DNA from: Sphyrna mokarran
Taxonomy: Eukaryota
DNA: 64,000 nucleotides
Direction: 5' to 3'
Assembly (NCBI GenBank): GCA_024679065.1
Contig: JAGIQG010000009.1
Coordinates: 91,698,001-91,762,000, forward strand
Shown here: positions 1 through 13,069 of the stretch, piece after piece
Position numbering within the stretch: the first letter of the stretch is position 1
Layout of the letters: every line of letters begins with the position of its first letter
The notes under the pieces: model-generated
The model's database searches: none
Seen by the model: the letters and a program-made list of their open reading frames with translations, nothing else
What the model was told of the DNA's origin: nothing
Position numbers and translations under genes: made by a program

Positions 1-87
1 TTAAAACTCTGAATAATCAGAAAGTGAGAAAAGTGCACAAATTGTGAGTGTATTTCATTCCCAACAATCTGTCCCTCAGTCACTCAC

Positions 88-119
88 TGGAGCTGTTGTG
101 TACGTCCCACTTGGTGAAT
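88..119 (-). CDS. Gene A (nonclassical MHC class I) cytoplasmic exon; gene continues beyond window start
   Basis: ttctgcag|ATTCACCAAGTGGGACGTACACAACAGCTCCA|gtgagt; phase-1 reading DSPSGTYTTAP (class I-type YxxA tail motif); paralogous to 24977-25009. Confidence 0.7.
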
Positions 120-343
120 CTGCAGAAGTGAAATAAATGTCAGTTAGAATGGGGAATAATCCATTCTCAGAGAGTGAGAACACAACAAGTGTGAGGGAAT
201 GGAGATTGTGTGAGAAATACTCATTCTCACACTCCCCTCCATCCTTACACTTTATGGAGATCCTGTAGATCTCTTCCATTCCATCCATATTCAGTAGGTG
301 AGGATGTGAGTGTGTGCGGTGGCTTTAATGATCAATATTATAC

Positions 344-353
344 CTGGTCTGGG
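344..353 (-). CDS. Gene A candidate 10-nt cytoplasmic micro-exon
   Basis: pyrimidine tract ...ctgattttcctttgtgtgatcag|CCCAGACCAG|gtataa; same arrangement in gene B. Confidence 0.4.
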
Positions 354-525
354 CTGATCACACAAAGGAAAATCAGACAGGGAACAAGATGTGTTTATAC
401 GTGTGTATCTGTGTGTGGGAATTAAATCAGTTTATTCAATACAATGCCCCGTATTCCCAGTACTGGAGATTCCTCACACTCACTCTGTCCCCTCAGTTCT
501 ACATTCCCCTCTCTCTCATTCTTAC

Positions 526-636
526 CTCTCCTTTGACTTTTCCAGATGATTATTCCGAATATAACAGCCAGTGCTGAGATCACTGATCCGATTATAATTC
601 CAAGATGGGAACGTCCCCCACTGTTTCCTGGGATTT
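526..636 (-). CDS. Gene A connecting peptide/transmembrane exon
   Basis: tgtttcag|...|gtaag, 111 nt, phase 1; EIPGNSGGRSHLGIIIGSVISALAVIFGIIIWKSQRR. Confidence 0.92.
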
Positions 637-1399
637 CTGAAACACATTTGAATAATATGAGGATCGTCACTGTTCTCGGATCCATTCCCAGTTCTCTGTT
701 CACTGGGGACAATTTGAACTGAAACCACCCCAGTCCAAATGGGATTGATTGAAGCTCTGCTTTTACACTGGCCCCATGGTGGATAAGGGAGTGTCTACGG
801 ACCTGCTCTGGATGGACTTCTAGAAGGTCATTGATAAAGTTCACATGAGGATTCTTGATAATAACCAGAGTGTTTGGAATTGAAGGGAATCTTTGTCATG
901 GGATGAAAATTGGTTGGGAGGGAGGAGACAAGGAATGGGGAGAACAGGAATGTGCTCCCATCGGCACAATGTGATAATTCTCCAAGCAGCTGTACTGGGA
1001 TCTCAACTTCACGATCCATATTAATGACTTGGTTAAAGGAATACAGACTTGTGTATCCAACTTTACAGAGGGGACTATATTAGAAGACACAGTGAAGGGA
1101 CATTCACAGATTAAATTATTGAATTCCATCTACTATAGATTTCCCCAGTGTGGGGAAATATAGGATTATCCACATTAAATCTAATGAAGAAACATTAAAT
1201 TATTTAACATGGGCAGTGGAAATCTGGAACCGTCTGCCTAAAAGGCTGTGGATGCCGGGATGGAGAGGATTTTGTTGGGTCAGGAGGGATGGTATGGTAG
1301 AGGGGATAGAAAGGGTAACAAAGTAGAAGTATACAGTAGTGCTGCAAAGCAGCTATTTAGGTAATAATACCCAGACTGTGACAGGAAGTGACACAGTGA

Positions 1400-3460
1400 A
1401 CAAACATTAAAAAAAAGGAACAAATTGGGTCAAAGAGGGAAAAGTGATAAAGACAAATAAATGGTTCTTTACCCAAATGTACCTAGTATCTGGCAAAAAG
1501 TCAATGAATTAACAACACAAGTTGAGGTTAATATGCATGATCTGAGCCATAGTTACAAGGAGAACAAATAAATATTGAGGGTTATGTGACTTTTTGTACA
1601 GTCTGACAGAAAGGAAAGGATGGTGAGGAAGTTTTGTTGATGCGAGTGGAATAAATATAATAGTAAGAAATGGTCCTGGATTGGAAGATGTAGAATCCAT
1701 GTGGTGCATTTCCAAAATAACAAGGGGTTGAGTGTAGCCCTTAACAGTAGCTACACTATAGGAGAGTGAATAAGTCAGGAGATAATGAGGACATGTAAAA
1801 AAGGCAGTATGTTATTCAGGGGTGACTTGAATCTTCATGTTGATTGGGAAAATCAATTTGGGGAGATAGCTATGAGGAAGGATTCATAGCATGTATTTGG
1901 GAGTTTCCTAGAACAATATGTTATGGATGCAACAGGAATCAGGATATTTTGGATCTGGTCATGTATAATCAGGCAGGTTTAGTAAACAATCTCAGAATTA
2001 AAGATCTCCTGGAAATAGTGATCATAACATGATATAATTTAGCATTCAGTTTGAGAATGAAAACCTTGGATCAGAAACAATTATGCTAAACTTCAAATGG
2101 TAATTACAAAGAAATGAAGATAGAGTTTGTGGAGTGGATTGGAAAAGGAATTTAGCAAAAAAGACAGTTGCTCAACAATGGCACTTGCTCATGAAAAACG
2201 TTCATAATTGACAACAACAATATAACCCAGTGAAGAATAAGGATTCTAGGAAGGGAATAAATCAATCATGATTATCCAAAGAAGCTATATATAGTATTAA
2301 CCTGAGAGAAAAAAAAAACAAAATGTGATAATGGTTGCTGGTAATTTAGAGAAGTTTTAAAATCCAACATAAGATGACCAACGATAATATAAAGAAGGAA
2401 AAGATAAATTATAAGTGTAATCACACAAGAAACATAAAAATGGCTATTAAGAGTGTCTTTAGATATGTAAAGAGTAAGACAGAGGCCAAAGTGAACATGG
2501 GCTCCTTAGAGAATGAGACTGGGAAAATAATTCCATGATCTATAATAATAGGGAACCAGAAAATGGCAGAAGTGTTAAATGAATACTTTGTGTTGGTATT
2601 CACGATGGAAGACACTAATAACATTCAAAAAATACTAAATCATCAAGGAGAAATGCTGAAGAAAGGAGTGGGAGAAGAAGTGGGAAGCACGAGAGAAAAA
2701 CTACTAGGAAAATTAACAGGGCTGAAGTCAGGTAAATCTCACAGACCTGATGAACTGCATTCTAGGATAGTCAATGATATAACTACAGAAATAATACACT
2801 TCCACGAATCTTTAAATTCTGGAATGTCCCAAAGGATTAGGAAACTGCCAATTATTCAAAAGGAAGGGAGACAAAGTAAGCCTCAGCCTAACATTAAAAA
2901 ATCCAATATAAAAGATATAATAGCAAAGCATTTAGAAATATAATCAAGCAGGGTCAGCCCAGCTTCACGAAGGGAAAATCATACCCAACAAATTTATTAA
3001 AATTCGTTGAGGTGGTGACCAGAGAGAAAGATAAAGGGAAACCAATAAATGTAACAAACTTGGTTTTCCAAAGTGTGTTCAATAAAGGTACTAGAATATA
3101 GAACATAGAATATCACAATGCAATACAGGCCCTTTGGCTCTTGATGTTGCACCCAACCTGTGAAATTGATCTAAAGCCCATCTAACCCACACTATTCCAA
3201 TATCATCCATATGTTTATCCAATGACCCTTAAAATGGCCTTAATGTTGGCGAGTCCACTACTGTGGAATGCAGGGCATTCCACACTCTTACTACTCTGAG
3301 TTAAGAACCTACTGCACAGAAGGCTACTTGATAAGAGCCCATGTTGTTGGGGTAATTTATTAACATGGATAGATGATTGGCAACTGATAGACAACAGAGT
3401 TGAGATAAGAGGGGCATTTTCAGGATGGCAACCTGTAACCAGTGAATTATAATGTAGAGC
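1400..3460 (+). mobile_element. Decayed CR1-type LINE with a nested antisense CR1 3' end (~3091-3310)
   Basis: ORF 2563-2943 (MAEVLNEYFVLVFT...KSHRPDELH) resembles CR1 ORF2; inverted (ctatgttcta) tail near 3093-3110. Confidence 0.75.
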
Positions 3461-4365
3461 TGCCAGCATTGGACTGGGGTAAAAACAGAAAGAAGTCTCA
3501 CAACACCAGCTTAAAGTGCAACAGGTTTATTTGTAGCAAATGCCACAAGCTTTCAGAACAGGCTCTCCCTTCGTTAGGTGAGTGGGAATTCTGATCACAA
3601 ACAGGGCACAGAGACACAAACTCAATTTACATGAGTTTGGAATGTGAGTCTTTACAGCTAATCAAATCTTAAAGGTACAGACAATGTGAGTGGAGAGAGC
3701 ATTAAGCACAATTTAAAGAGATGTGTATTGTTTCCAGACAGGAAAGTTAGTGAGATTTTGCAAGTTGTGAGGGTTATACATAGTGTGACATGAACCCAAG
3801 ATCCCGGTTGAGGCCGTTCTCATGTGTGCAGAACTTGGCTATCAGTCTCTACTCAGTGACTCTGCGCTGTCCGATGTCATGAAGGCAGCTTTGGAGAACG
3901 CTTACCTGAAGATCAGAAGCCGAATGCCCCTGAACGCTGAAGTGTTCCCCAACAGGAAGGGACAGTCTTGCCTGGTGATTGTCGAGCGGTGTTCATTCAT
4001 CATTGATGAAGACGAACATCTCGTCATGGCCATCCCCACCCCCCCACTTCTTGCCTTCAAACAACGGCACAACCTCAAACAGACCATTGCTCGCAGCAAA
4101 CTACCCAGCCTTCAGGGAGGACAGTGACTACGACACCACACAACTCTGTCACAGTGACCTCTGCAAGACAGGCCAGATCACTGACATAGATGCTCTCACC
4201 TCACATGAGGACACCATCCACCAGGTACACGGCACATACTCTTGCAACTCAGCCAACGTTGTCTACCTGATACGCTGCAGGAAAGAATGTCGTGAAGCAT
4301 GGTACATTGGGGGGACCATGCAGATGCCACAACAGCGGATGAATGAACACCACTTGACAATAGAA
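3461..4365. mobile_element. Penelope-like retroelement remnant, internally inverted, with GIY-YIG endonuclease fragment
   Basis: ORF 3979-4410 TYSCNSANVVYLIRC...WYIGGT...RMNEH (GIY-YIG); degenerate hammerhead-like terminus at ~3544-3580 on minus strand. Confidence 0.8.
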
Positions 4366-4464
4366 AAAGACTGCAGAAATAGAAAAAGACTGCAGCACAG
4401 AGGAATTTAGAGGTACTCGTACAGAAATCACAAAAAGCTAGTACGCAAGTTCAGCATAAAGGGG

Positions 4465-4855
4465 CGATATTATAGAAACATACAAGATAATGAAGGGGCT
4501 AGAAAGGATAGAGGCAGAGAGACTCTTTCCACTTTTGAAAGGAAACTAGAACTAGAAGACACAGCCTCAAAATAAGGGGGAGTCAGTTTAAAACAGAGCT
4601 GACAAGGAACTTCTTCTCTCAGAGGGTACTGAATCTCTGGAATTCTCTGCCCTATTGAAGTGATGGAAGCTACCTCCTTGAGTATGTTTAAGTCACAGGT
4701 AGATAGATTTCTAATCAATAAGAGAATTAAGGTTAATGGGGAGCAGGCAGGTAAGTAGAACTGATCCACTTCAGATCAGCCATGATCTTACTGAACGGCG
4801 GGGCAGGCTCGAGGGGCTAACTGGCCTACTCCTATCCCTATTTCTTATGTTCTTA
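4465..4855 (+). mobile_element. CR1 LINE 3' end
   Basis: Typical RT C-terminal codons and tail ggcctactcct...atttcttatgttcttat. Confidence 0.75.
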
Positions 4856-4965
4856 TTAGCAAGTAATAGAAAAGCAAATTGAATGTTGATCTCTATTTCA
4901 AAGGGAATGGAATATAAGAAAAACAGAAGTCTTGCTAAAATTATACTAGGCACTAGTTAATGACA

Positions 4966-5260
4966 CATTGGCAAAGTGGTTTGCGTTGCTACCTCACAGT
5001 GCCAGGGAGCCAGATCTAATTTTGGCCTTGGGTCCATGTGGAGTTTGCACATTCTCCCCATGTCTGTGTGGGTTTCCTCCAGGTGCTCAGTTGCCTCCCA
5101 CAGTCCAAAGATATGCAGATTATGTGGATGGCTAAATTGACCTTAGTGTTAGGGGATTAGCAGGTTAAATATGTGGGGTTACACAAATAGGACCTGGTGG
5201 AATTGTGGTTGGTGCAGATTCAAGGGGACAAATGCATTTCTTCTACAATGTAGGGATTCT
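4966..5260 (+). mobile_element. HE1/V-SINE-type SINE
   Basis: tRNA-like head, then gtggagtttgcacattctccccatgtctgtgtgggtttcctcc core. Confidence 0.75.
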
Positions 5261-5588
5261 TTGAATCTCATTCTGTTAGATTATATCTGGAATATTGTGG
5301 GCAGTTCTCATCCTCTTATGGAAACATTGAAGGTAGTTCAGAGACAGTTCACTAGATTAATCCCAGGAATGGAGACATATTCTAATAAGGAGAGCTGACA
5401 CGATTTTTAAGCAGCAAGAGAATCTAGGCTTATGGGAATCAGGTGGAAAAATGGAGTTGAGAATTTCCATATCAGATGAGTCATAATACCATTGAATAGC
5501 ACAGCAGACTCAATGCACCAAACGGCCTACATTGCATTACACCTTGTGGTCTTAAAGCAATGAAGACATATCCAGTATAGTTCCTTAC

Positions 5589-5867
5589 CCCACTGATAGA
5601 GCTTGGGCTCTGCCAGGCTGCTGTGTTCAATTTGACAGGAGTATTGATCCTCATCCCCAGCATTTATTTCAATCTCTTTCTGAATCTGATGGCTCCCATT
5701 GTGGTTTGGTCGAACCCCCGAGGATAGTGTCTCAGGCATTACCTCTCCATTCCTTAACCAGTTGACCTCGATGTCTACAGGATAAAAGCCAGTAACCAGG
5801 CAGGAGAGAGTGAGCGGCTTGTACTGACTATTGGGCTCACTTCTGGAGATGAAGACTTCAGGCTGAA
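5589..5867 (-). CDS. Gene A MHC class I alpha3 (Ig C1) exon
   Basis: cattacag|TTCAGCCT...TGGG|gtaagg, 279 nt; LSCLVTGFYP...W...YSCQIEHSSL C1-set signature. Confidence 0.97.
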
Positions 5868-6054
5868 CTGTAATGGGAAAGGGTGAAAACACAAACAATA
5901 AACCCACACTGAATAGAATGGTTCAATGAACTGTATTTCATGCATTTTGATGGGGTTGGGAATAGGCAGAGCAGAAACAGAGAGATCCGCTCAGTCCGCA
6001 CACTGCTGCAGATCATCCAATCAAGTGTAAAGGCTATCAATTTGTCTCTGCTTA

Positions 6055-7080
6055 GCAGGAACTGTGCCAATCGGCAGTGTGAAGGGGGTCTGTGCAGGAA
6101 CTGTGTCAATTGGCAGTGTGAAGGGGGTCTGTGCAGGAACTGTGTCAACTGACAGTGTGAATGGGGTCTGTGCAGGAACTGTGTCAATTGGCACCGTGAA
6201 GGGGGTCTGTGCAGGAACTGTGTCAACTGACAGTGTGAATGGGGTCGGTGCAGGAACTGTGTCAACTGACAGTGTGAATGGGGTCTGTGCAGGAACTGTG
6301 TCAATTGGCAGCATGAAGGGGGTCTGTGCAGGAACTGTGTCAATTGGCAGTGTGAACAGAGTCTCAGGAACTGTGCCAATCGGCAGCGTGAAGGGGGTCT
6401 GTGCAGGAACTGTGTCAACTGACAGTGTGAATGGGGTCGGTGCAGGAACTGTGTCAACTGACAGTGTGAATGGGGTCTGTGCAGGAACTGTGTCAATTGG
6501 CAGCATGAAGGGGGTCTGTGCAGGAACTGTGTCAATTGGCAGTGTGAACAGAGTCTCAGGAACTGTGCCAATCGGCAGTGTGAAGGGGGTCTGTGCAGGA
6601 ACAGTGCCAATTGGCAGTGTGAAGGGGGTCTGTGCAGGAACTGTGTCAATTGGCAGTGTGAAGGGGGTCTGTGCAGGAACTGTGTCAACTGACAGTGTGA
6701 AGGGGGTCTGTGCAGGAACTGTGTCAATTGGCAGCGTGAAGGGGGTCTGTGCATGAACTGTGTCAACTGACAGTGTGAATGGGGTCTGTGCAGGAACTGT
6801 GTCAATTGGCAGTGTGAACAGTCTTAGGAACTGTGTCAACTGGCAGTGTGAACAGTCTTAGGAACTGTGTCAATTGGCAGTGTGAACAGTCTTAGGAACT
6901 GTGTCAATTGGCAGTGTGAAGGGATCGGTCCAGAAACTGTGTCAATCGGCAGTGTGAAGGGGGTCTGTGCAGGAACTGTTTCAATAGGCAGTGTGAAGGG
7001 GGTCTGTGCAGGAACTGTATCAATTGGCAGTGTGAACAGTCTTAGGAACTGTGTCAATTGGCAGTGTGAAGAGGGTCTCA
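6055..7080. repeat. 39-bp minisatellite (gcaggaactgtgtcaattggcagtgtgaagggggtctgt) in gene A intron 3
   Basis: ~25 tandem units with shorter variants; source of the periodic 13-aa ORFs. Confidence 0.95.
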
Positions 7081-8043
7081 GCACTCAATTGGGAATTGAG
7101 ACAGGAATCATGTGGAGCTAACAGGAAGATGGTTATGACTATAAATTGAAGATCCACTGCTCTCTGAATGAGTTTTAGAAACAGCTCAAAAAAGTCAATA
7201 AATTATCTAAGAAGCTTAGATACACAGTCCCTTCATCAACAGAATCTGCTGTTACATTCAACCACACTGCTGAGGACAGGAACTTTCTCTAAAACTTGTG
7301 TTGCTTCTTTATACCTGCCCTAAAGTATTTATAGATCCATAGACTTTTACAGCACAGCCCATCATGTCCATGTGGGTCTCAAATATCTGACTACACTAAT
7401 TTCATTTTCTAACACTTATCCAATGGCCCTGGAGGTTATGGCAGAGCAAGTGAATATCTAAATACTTCTGTAATATTTGGTTAATTTTTGATTGTAGGCA
7501 GTGAGTTCCACTCTATCACTCTGAATGAAAAGGTTTCTCTTCAACTCCTCCCTTAGATTTCTACTTTTATGTCCTGGTTATTGCCCCCAATATCTGCTCC
7601 ATCCCCCCTTCAACAGCCTGAAACACATCTCAGCCCGGTCTGCGGGTTTATTCAGTTTAAAGGCTGCTGAACGTACTAGGATATTCTCTCTCTAATATTC
7701 CACAGTGCTCTGTCTACACTCTACAGTGATGTCTACACTCGCACTGTCCTTTCCCATTGTGAAGACCGATAAAAGTATTCACTGAGCACAGGCCAGTCCC
7801 AAAGGTCTGTCTCCCTAATGACTGAACATTGATGTGGGCAACAAACAGATACACACAATTTTCCCTTTAGGAAGCAGATATTTCCATGTGCAGCTCACTA
7901 ATTGTGTGACAAACTCAGATTCCCCAATCTCTATGATCACATTACATTTAGGTACATTTGGGACTGGCCTCAGACTGGGCATGTCTCAGTAATTCAGACA
8001 CAGATCACTAAAATCAGATCAAAAATGAGACTCCATGAGATAC

Positions 8044-8319
8044 CTTTCTGTTCAAAATATTCCTTTCCAGCCTGTAAATATCTTTTCAAATACTGCACAC
8101 AATGTACTTCCAAAGTCCTTTTCCAGTGCTTGTTCCAGGATTCATTCAGATCCCATTCCTCTTTAGTCTTCACTGCAAAGTGATTGGTTGCCACCCATCT
8201 CATTCTGTCTGGCTCTAAACTAATATAGTCCTTTCCATCGAATCCAAACCGCATCGATCTCTTAATGGAGCCGTCTTCAGTGACCTCAACAACCATAATC
8301 AACTGGAAAGTGTGAATTC
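8044..8319 (-). CDS. Gene A MHC class I alpha2 exon
   Basis: ctgacag|GAATTCAC...AAAG|gtatct, 276 nt; GIHTFQLIMVVEV...FGFDGKDYI...W...EVHCVQYLKRYL. Confidence 0.96.
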
Positions 8320-8465
8320 CTGTCAGAGATTGATAATTAATGGTTTATCATTAATGGAAAATCACCAACAATCAGATCAGAGCAGAAAGGGATCTAGTAT
8401 CGGATAGAAAGGAGATTAGACTCAGACTGATCAAAGGTGATTGGGGATCTAGTTTCAGATTGAAA

Positions 8466-9636
8466 TGTGTCCCAGGGGTCAGTGCTGGGGGATTGAGTTC
8501 AGTGCCCCAGGGGTCAGTGCCGGCGGACTGAGCTCAGCGTCCCAGGGGTCAGTGCTGGGGGACTGAGCTCAGTGTCTCAGGGGCCGGTGCTGGTGTATAG
8601 ATTGAGCTCAGTGTCTCAGGGGCTGGTGCTGGTGTATAGATTGAGCTCAGTATCCCAGGGGTCAGTGTCAGCGGACTGAGCTCAGCGTCCCAGGGGCCGG
8701 TGCTGGTGTATAGATTGAGCTCAGTGTCCCAGGGGTCAGTGAGCTCAGTGTCCCAGGGGTCAGTGCTGGTGTATAGATTGAGCTCAGTGTCCCAGGGGTC
8801 AGTGCTGGTGTATAGATTGAGCTCAGTGTCCTAGGGGACGGTGCCGGCGGACTGAGCTCAGCGTCCCAGGGGCCGGTGCTGGTGTATAGATTGAGCTCAG
8901 TGTCCCAGGGGCTGGTGCTGGTGTATAGATTGAGTTCAGTATCCCAGGGGTCAGTGCCAGTGGACTGAGCTCAGCGTCCCAGGGGTCAGTGCTGGCGGAC
9001 TGAGCTCAGCGTCCCAGGGACAAGTGCCGGCGGACTGAGCTCAGCGTCCCAGGGACAAGTGCCGGCGGACTGAGCTCAGTGTCCCAGGGGTCAGTGCTGG
9101 TGTATAGATTGAGCTCAGCGTCCCAGGGGTCGGTGCCGGCGGACTGAGCTCAGCGTCCCAGGGGTCGGTGCCGGCGGACTGAGCTCAGCGTCCCAGGGGT
9201 CGGTGCCGGCGGACTGAGCTCAGCGTCCCAGGGGTCGGTGCTGGTGTATAGATTGAGCTCAGTGTCCCAGGGGTCAGTGCTGGTGTATAGATTGAGCTCA
9301 GTGTCCCAGGGGCCGGTGCCGGCGGACTGAGTTCAGCGTCCCAGTGGTCAATGCTGGTGTATAGATTGAGTTCAGCGTCCCAGTGGTCAGTGCTGGTGTA
9401 TAGATTGAGCTCAGTGTCCCAGGGGCCGGTGCCGGCGGACTGAGTTCAGCGTCCCAGTGGTCAGTGCTGGTGTATAGATTGAGCTCAGTGTCCCAGGGGT
9501 CAGTGCTGGTGTATAGATTGAGCTCAGTGTCCCAGGGGCCGGTGCCGGCGGACTGAGTTCAGCGTCCCAGTGGTCAATGCTGGTGTATAGATTGAGCTCA
9601 GTGTCCCAGGGGTCAGTGCTGGGGGATGGACTGAGT
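8466..9636. repeat. 35/39-bp minisatellite (gagctcagtgtcccaggggtcagtgctggtgtatagatt) in gene A intron 2
   Basis: ~30 units of two interspersed variants. Confidence 0.95.
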
Positions 9637-12180
9637 TGTGGATTGGGAATTGTGTGATGTGAAAGGTCTAATTAGCAATCTTGTGGTGCAAGATCCTTTG
9701 GAGAAGAGTGATTATAATATGGTAGAATTCTTCATTAAGATGGCCAATAGAATCCTGAACTTGAGAAAAACTAACTTTGATGGTGCATTGGCTAGGATAA
9801 AATGGCAAAGAATACTTGAGGGGTTGACAGACGACAGTCCATGCAGACATTCAAAGAACACATGGATAAACTTCAACAACTATACATCCCCATAATTAAA
9901 ATGGAGGAGGTGGCTCAACCATGGTGAACAAGGTAAATCAGAGAGGAGGCATAAAAATGGCCAGAAAAAGCAACAAACCCAAGAACTGGGAGAAATTTAA
10001 AATCCAGCAGTGGAGGACAAAGGATTAATTCAGAAGGGGAAAATAGAATACAAGAGTATGCTTGCAGAAAACATAAAAACTGACCGCAAACCTTCTGTAG
10101 ATATGTGAAGAGAAAAGGACTGCTGAAGACAAATGCATGTCCTTTACAGTTAGGATCATATGAATTCATAATGAACAACAAAGAGATGGCAGACTAGCTG
10201 ACCAAATATTTTGGATCTGTCTTCACTAAGAAGTTCACAAATAACCTTCCAGAAATACTAGGGGACAGAGGATCCAGCATGAAGGAGAAACTGAAGGAGA
10301 TCCTTATTATTCAGGAAATTTTTGGGAGGGATTTGCTAGGATTAAAAGTCAATAGGTCCCCAGGGTCTGATGTTCTGCATCCCAGAGTATTTAAGGAAGT
10401 GGTCCTAAAAATAGTGGACAGGATCCTACAGACTCTTAAAGAGTTCCAGTGGATTGGAGGGTTACTAATGTAACCCCACTTTTTTAAAAAAGGAGAGAAA
10501 ACAGGAATTATAGACTGGTTAGCCTGACATCGGTGGTGAGGAAAACGCTGGACTCAATTATTAAGGATATAATAATTGAGCATTTGGAAATCCAAGTCAA
10601 CATGGATTCACTGAAGGGAAATTGTACTTCACAAATCCTCTGGAATTCATTGAGGACAGTGATAGCCTTTTTCCTAGGATGGAGAAAGCTAGCACGAGGG
10701 GACACAACTTTAAATTAAGGGGTATGAGTTATAGGACGGATATCAGAGGTAGGTTCTTTACTCAAAGAGTGATTAGGGAGTGGAATGCCCTGCCTGCAGC
10801 TGTTGTAGATGCGCCAAGTTTGGTGGCGTTTAAGAGGTTAGTTGATAAGTATATGGAAGAGAAGGGAATGGTTTAGTTTGGAGGGGCATTGCTTTTTATT
10901 TTGGTCGGCACAACATCGAAGGCCGAAGGGCCTGTTCTGTGCTGTATTGTTCTATGTTCTATATGTTCTATGTGACCAATAGAGTGGATGAGGGAGAATC
11001 AGTGGATGTTGTGTACCTGGACTTTCAAAAAGCTTTTGACAAAGTACCACACAAGAAATAGTGAGGAAAATTAAAGCTCATGATATTGGGGGTAATGTAT
11101 TGATGTGGACGGAGAACTGGTTCACAGACAGGAAGCTGAGAGTGGGAATAAATGGGTCCTTTTCACAATGGTGGGCGATCGGGTAATGATGGTGTCAGTG
11201 CTGGGACTCCAGCTATTCACAATGTACATTAATTCTTTGGACAAAGGAACTGAATGCAATATCTCCAAATCTGCAAATGACACTAAGCTGTGTGGCAATG
11301 TGTGCTGTCAGGATGATGCTATAAGGTTGCAGAATGACTTGGACAGGCTGGCTGAATGTGGATCAATATGAGGTTATCCACTTTGGTGGCAAAACAGGAA
11401 GGAAGATTATTGCCATCTGAACGATGGTAGTTTAGGAAAAAGTGAAGTGCAACCTGACCTGGTATCATGGTGGAACAGTCGTTGAAGGTTGGCATCAGGT
11501 ACAGCAGGCAGTGAGGGAAGCTAATGGCATGCTAGTCTTCATAGCAAGAGGATCTGAGTATAGGAGTAGGGATATCTTGCTGCATTATACAGGGTCTTGG
11601 TAGACCACATTGTGAATATGGTGTGAAGTTGTGGTCTCCTAGTCTGAGAAAGAACAGTCTTGCTATTGAGGGAGTCCAGCGAAGGTTCATCAAACTGATT
11701 CCTGGAATGGTGGGACTGACATATGAAGAGACATGGGATCGGCTGGGCTTTTACTGACAGAAATTCAGAAGAGTGAAATGGGATCTCATAGAAACATATA
11801 AAATCCTGATGGGATTGGATAGGCTAATGCTGGAAGAATGTTCCTAATGTTGGGTAAGTCCAGAACTAAGGGTCACAGTCTAAGAATAAGGGATAAGCCA
11901 TTACAGGATGAGATGAGGATGAACTTCTTCACTCAGAGTTGTGAACCTGTGGAATTCTTTACCACAGAAAGCTGTTGGAGCCAGTTCATTAGATATGGTC
12001 AAGAGGGAGCTGGACATGGCCTTTGTGGTTAAAGGGATTTTAAGGATGTATTAAAGGGATCAAGAGTATGGAGAGAAAGTGGGAATGGGATATTAAAAGT
12101 GCATGATCAGCCATGGTCATATTGAATGGTACAGCAGGCTTGAAGGGCCAAATGACCCACTCCTGCACCTATTTTCTATG
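9637..12180 (+). mobile_element. Decayed CR1 LINE containing a nested young CR1 3' fragment (~10653-10972)
   Basis: RT fragments (SPGSDVLHPRV, ISKSANDTKL); nested piece near-identical to the 3' ends of the 28 kb and 51 kb copies. Confidence 0.85.
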
Positions 12181-12188
12181 TTTCTTAC

Positions 12189-12449
12189 CTGATGTCTGGT
12201 TCATGCTCTTCATGACTGTAGATAGATAATCCTTTGTTACAGTTGAATGTCTGTTTCCAATACTAGACAGATCATCCCAATAGGCCTGTTTGAAAGATTC
12301 TATCAGGAACTGCTGTCTGGGGATAGTCTGTCGAATATTACTGTCGTGATAATTCACCTGAATTCCATTGACCGTGGCAACTTTAGTCACCTCGGGGAAA
12401 TCTGTCATTCCGGAGACTGCGGTGTATACTGCAATTATTGAATCAGCAG
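12189..12449 (-). CDS. Gene A MHC class I alpha1 exon
   Basis: ttttccag|CTGCTGAT...TCAG|gtaaga, 261 nt; DSIIAVYTAVSG..FPE..VNG..YHDSN..YWD..NQTS. Confidence 0.95.
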
Positions 12450-13069
12450 CTGGAAAATAACCAATTACAGTTACAGGTTAATAGATATTTCCACACACTA
12501 CCCCCTGATCACAGCGAGAACCATCAACACAGTGACAAACTCCAATAATCTCCTGCTTTATCCCAATGTCAGAAGCCTGTCTGAAACAGAATCAGATTAA
12601 ACTGGGTCAGTATTGATGCTGCAGAGTCTCAGAGCAGGGAATAAACACGAAATCAGAGTCACTCCAGACTGGTCTGCTGTTTATCGTCTTTGCGGTAATC
12701 CGTTTTTAAATTGCAGCAGCTTTAAATCACTGGAAGGCATCCAGTTTTAGTTTCACTGTTGGTTATGAGCAGAACCCCGCACCATGGGATGAGGCGGGTG
12801 TGGAAACAGTCACTGTATGAACTGTCTGACTGTCAAACAGGGGGATGGACAATCCAGAGCAGGATCTCCACTGTCCTTCACTGAGCTTTTTAATCTCCCC
12901 TTTATACATATTCACTAGGATGTCAGTGATCTGAGATAACCTGACCTATTCAATTGTGAGGGCATTACAGCTGATCCTTGGTTGTGTGAAGCCTCTCCAC
13001 AGTGTTTTGAAGACTTGAGACCAGGAATGATGAAGGTGTTTTGCTTCTCCCAGTTTTTTTTTGTTGTTT

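Noticed and set aside
5858-7121. Long repetitive ORFs (315, 272 and 230 aa)
   Set aside because: Artefacts of a 39-bp minisatellite open in several frames on both strands, inside an intron
8466-9636. CRISPR-like regular array
   Set aside because: No unique spacers, no cas genes, vertebrate intronic context; it is a minisatellite
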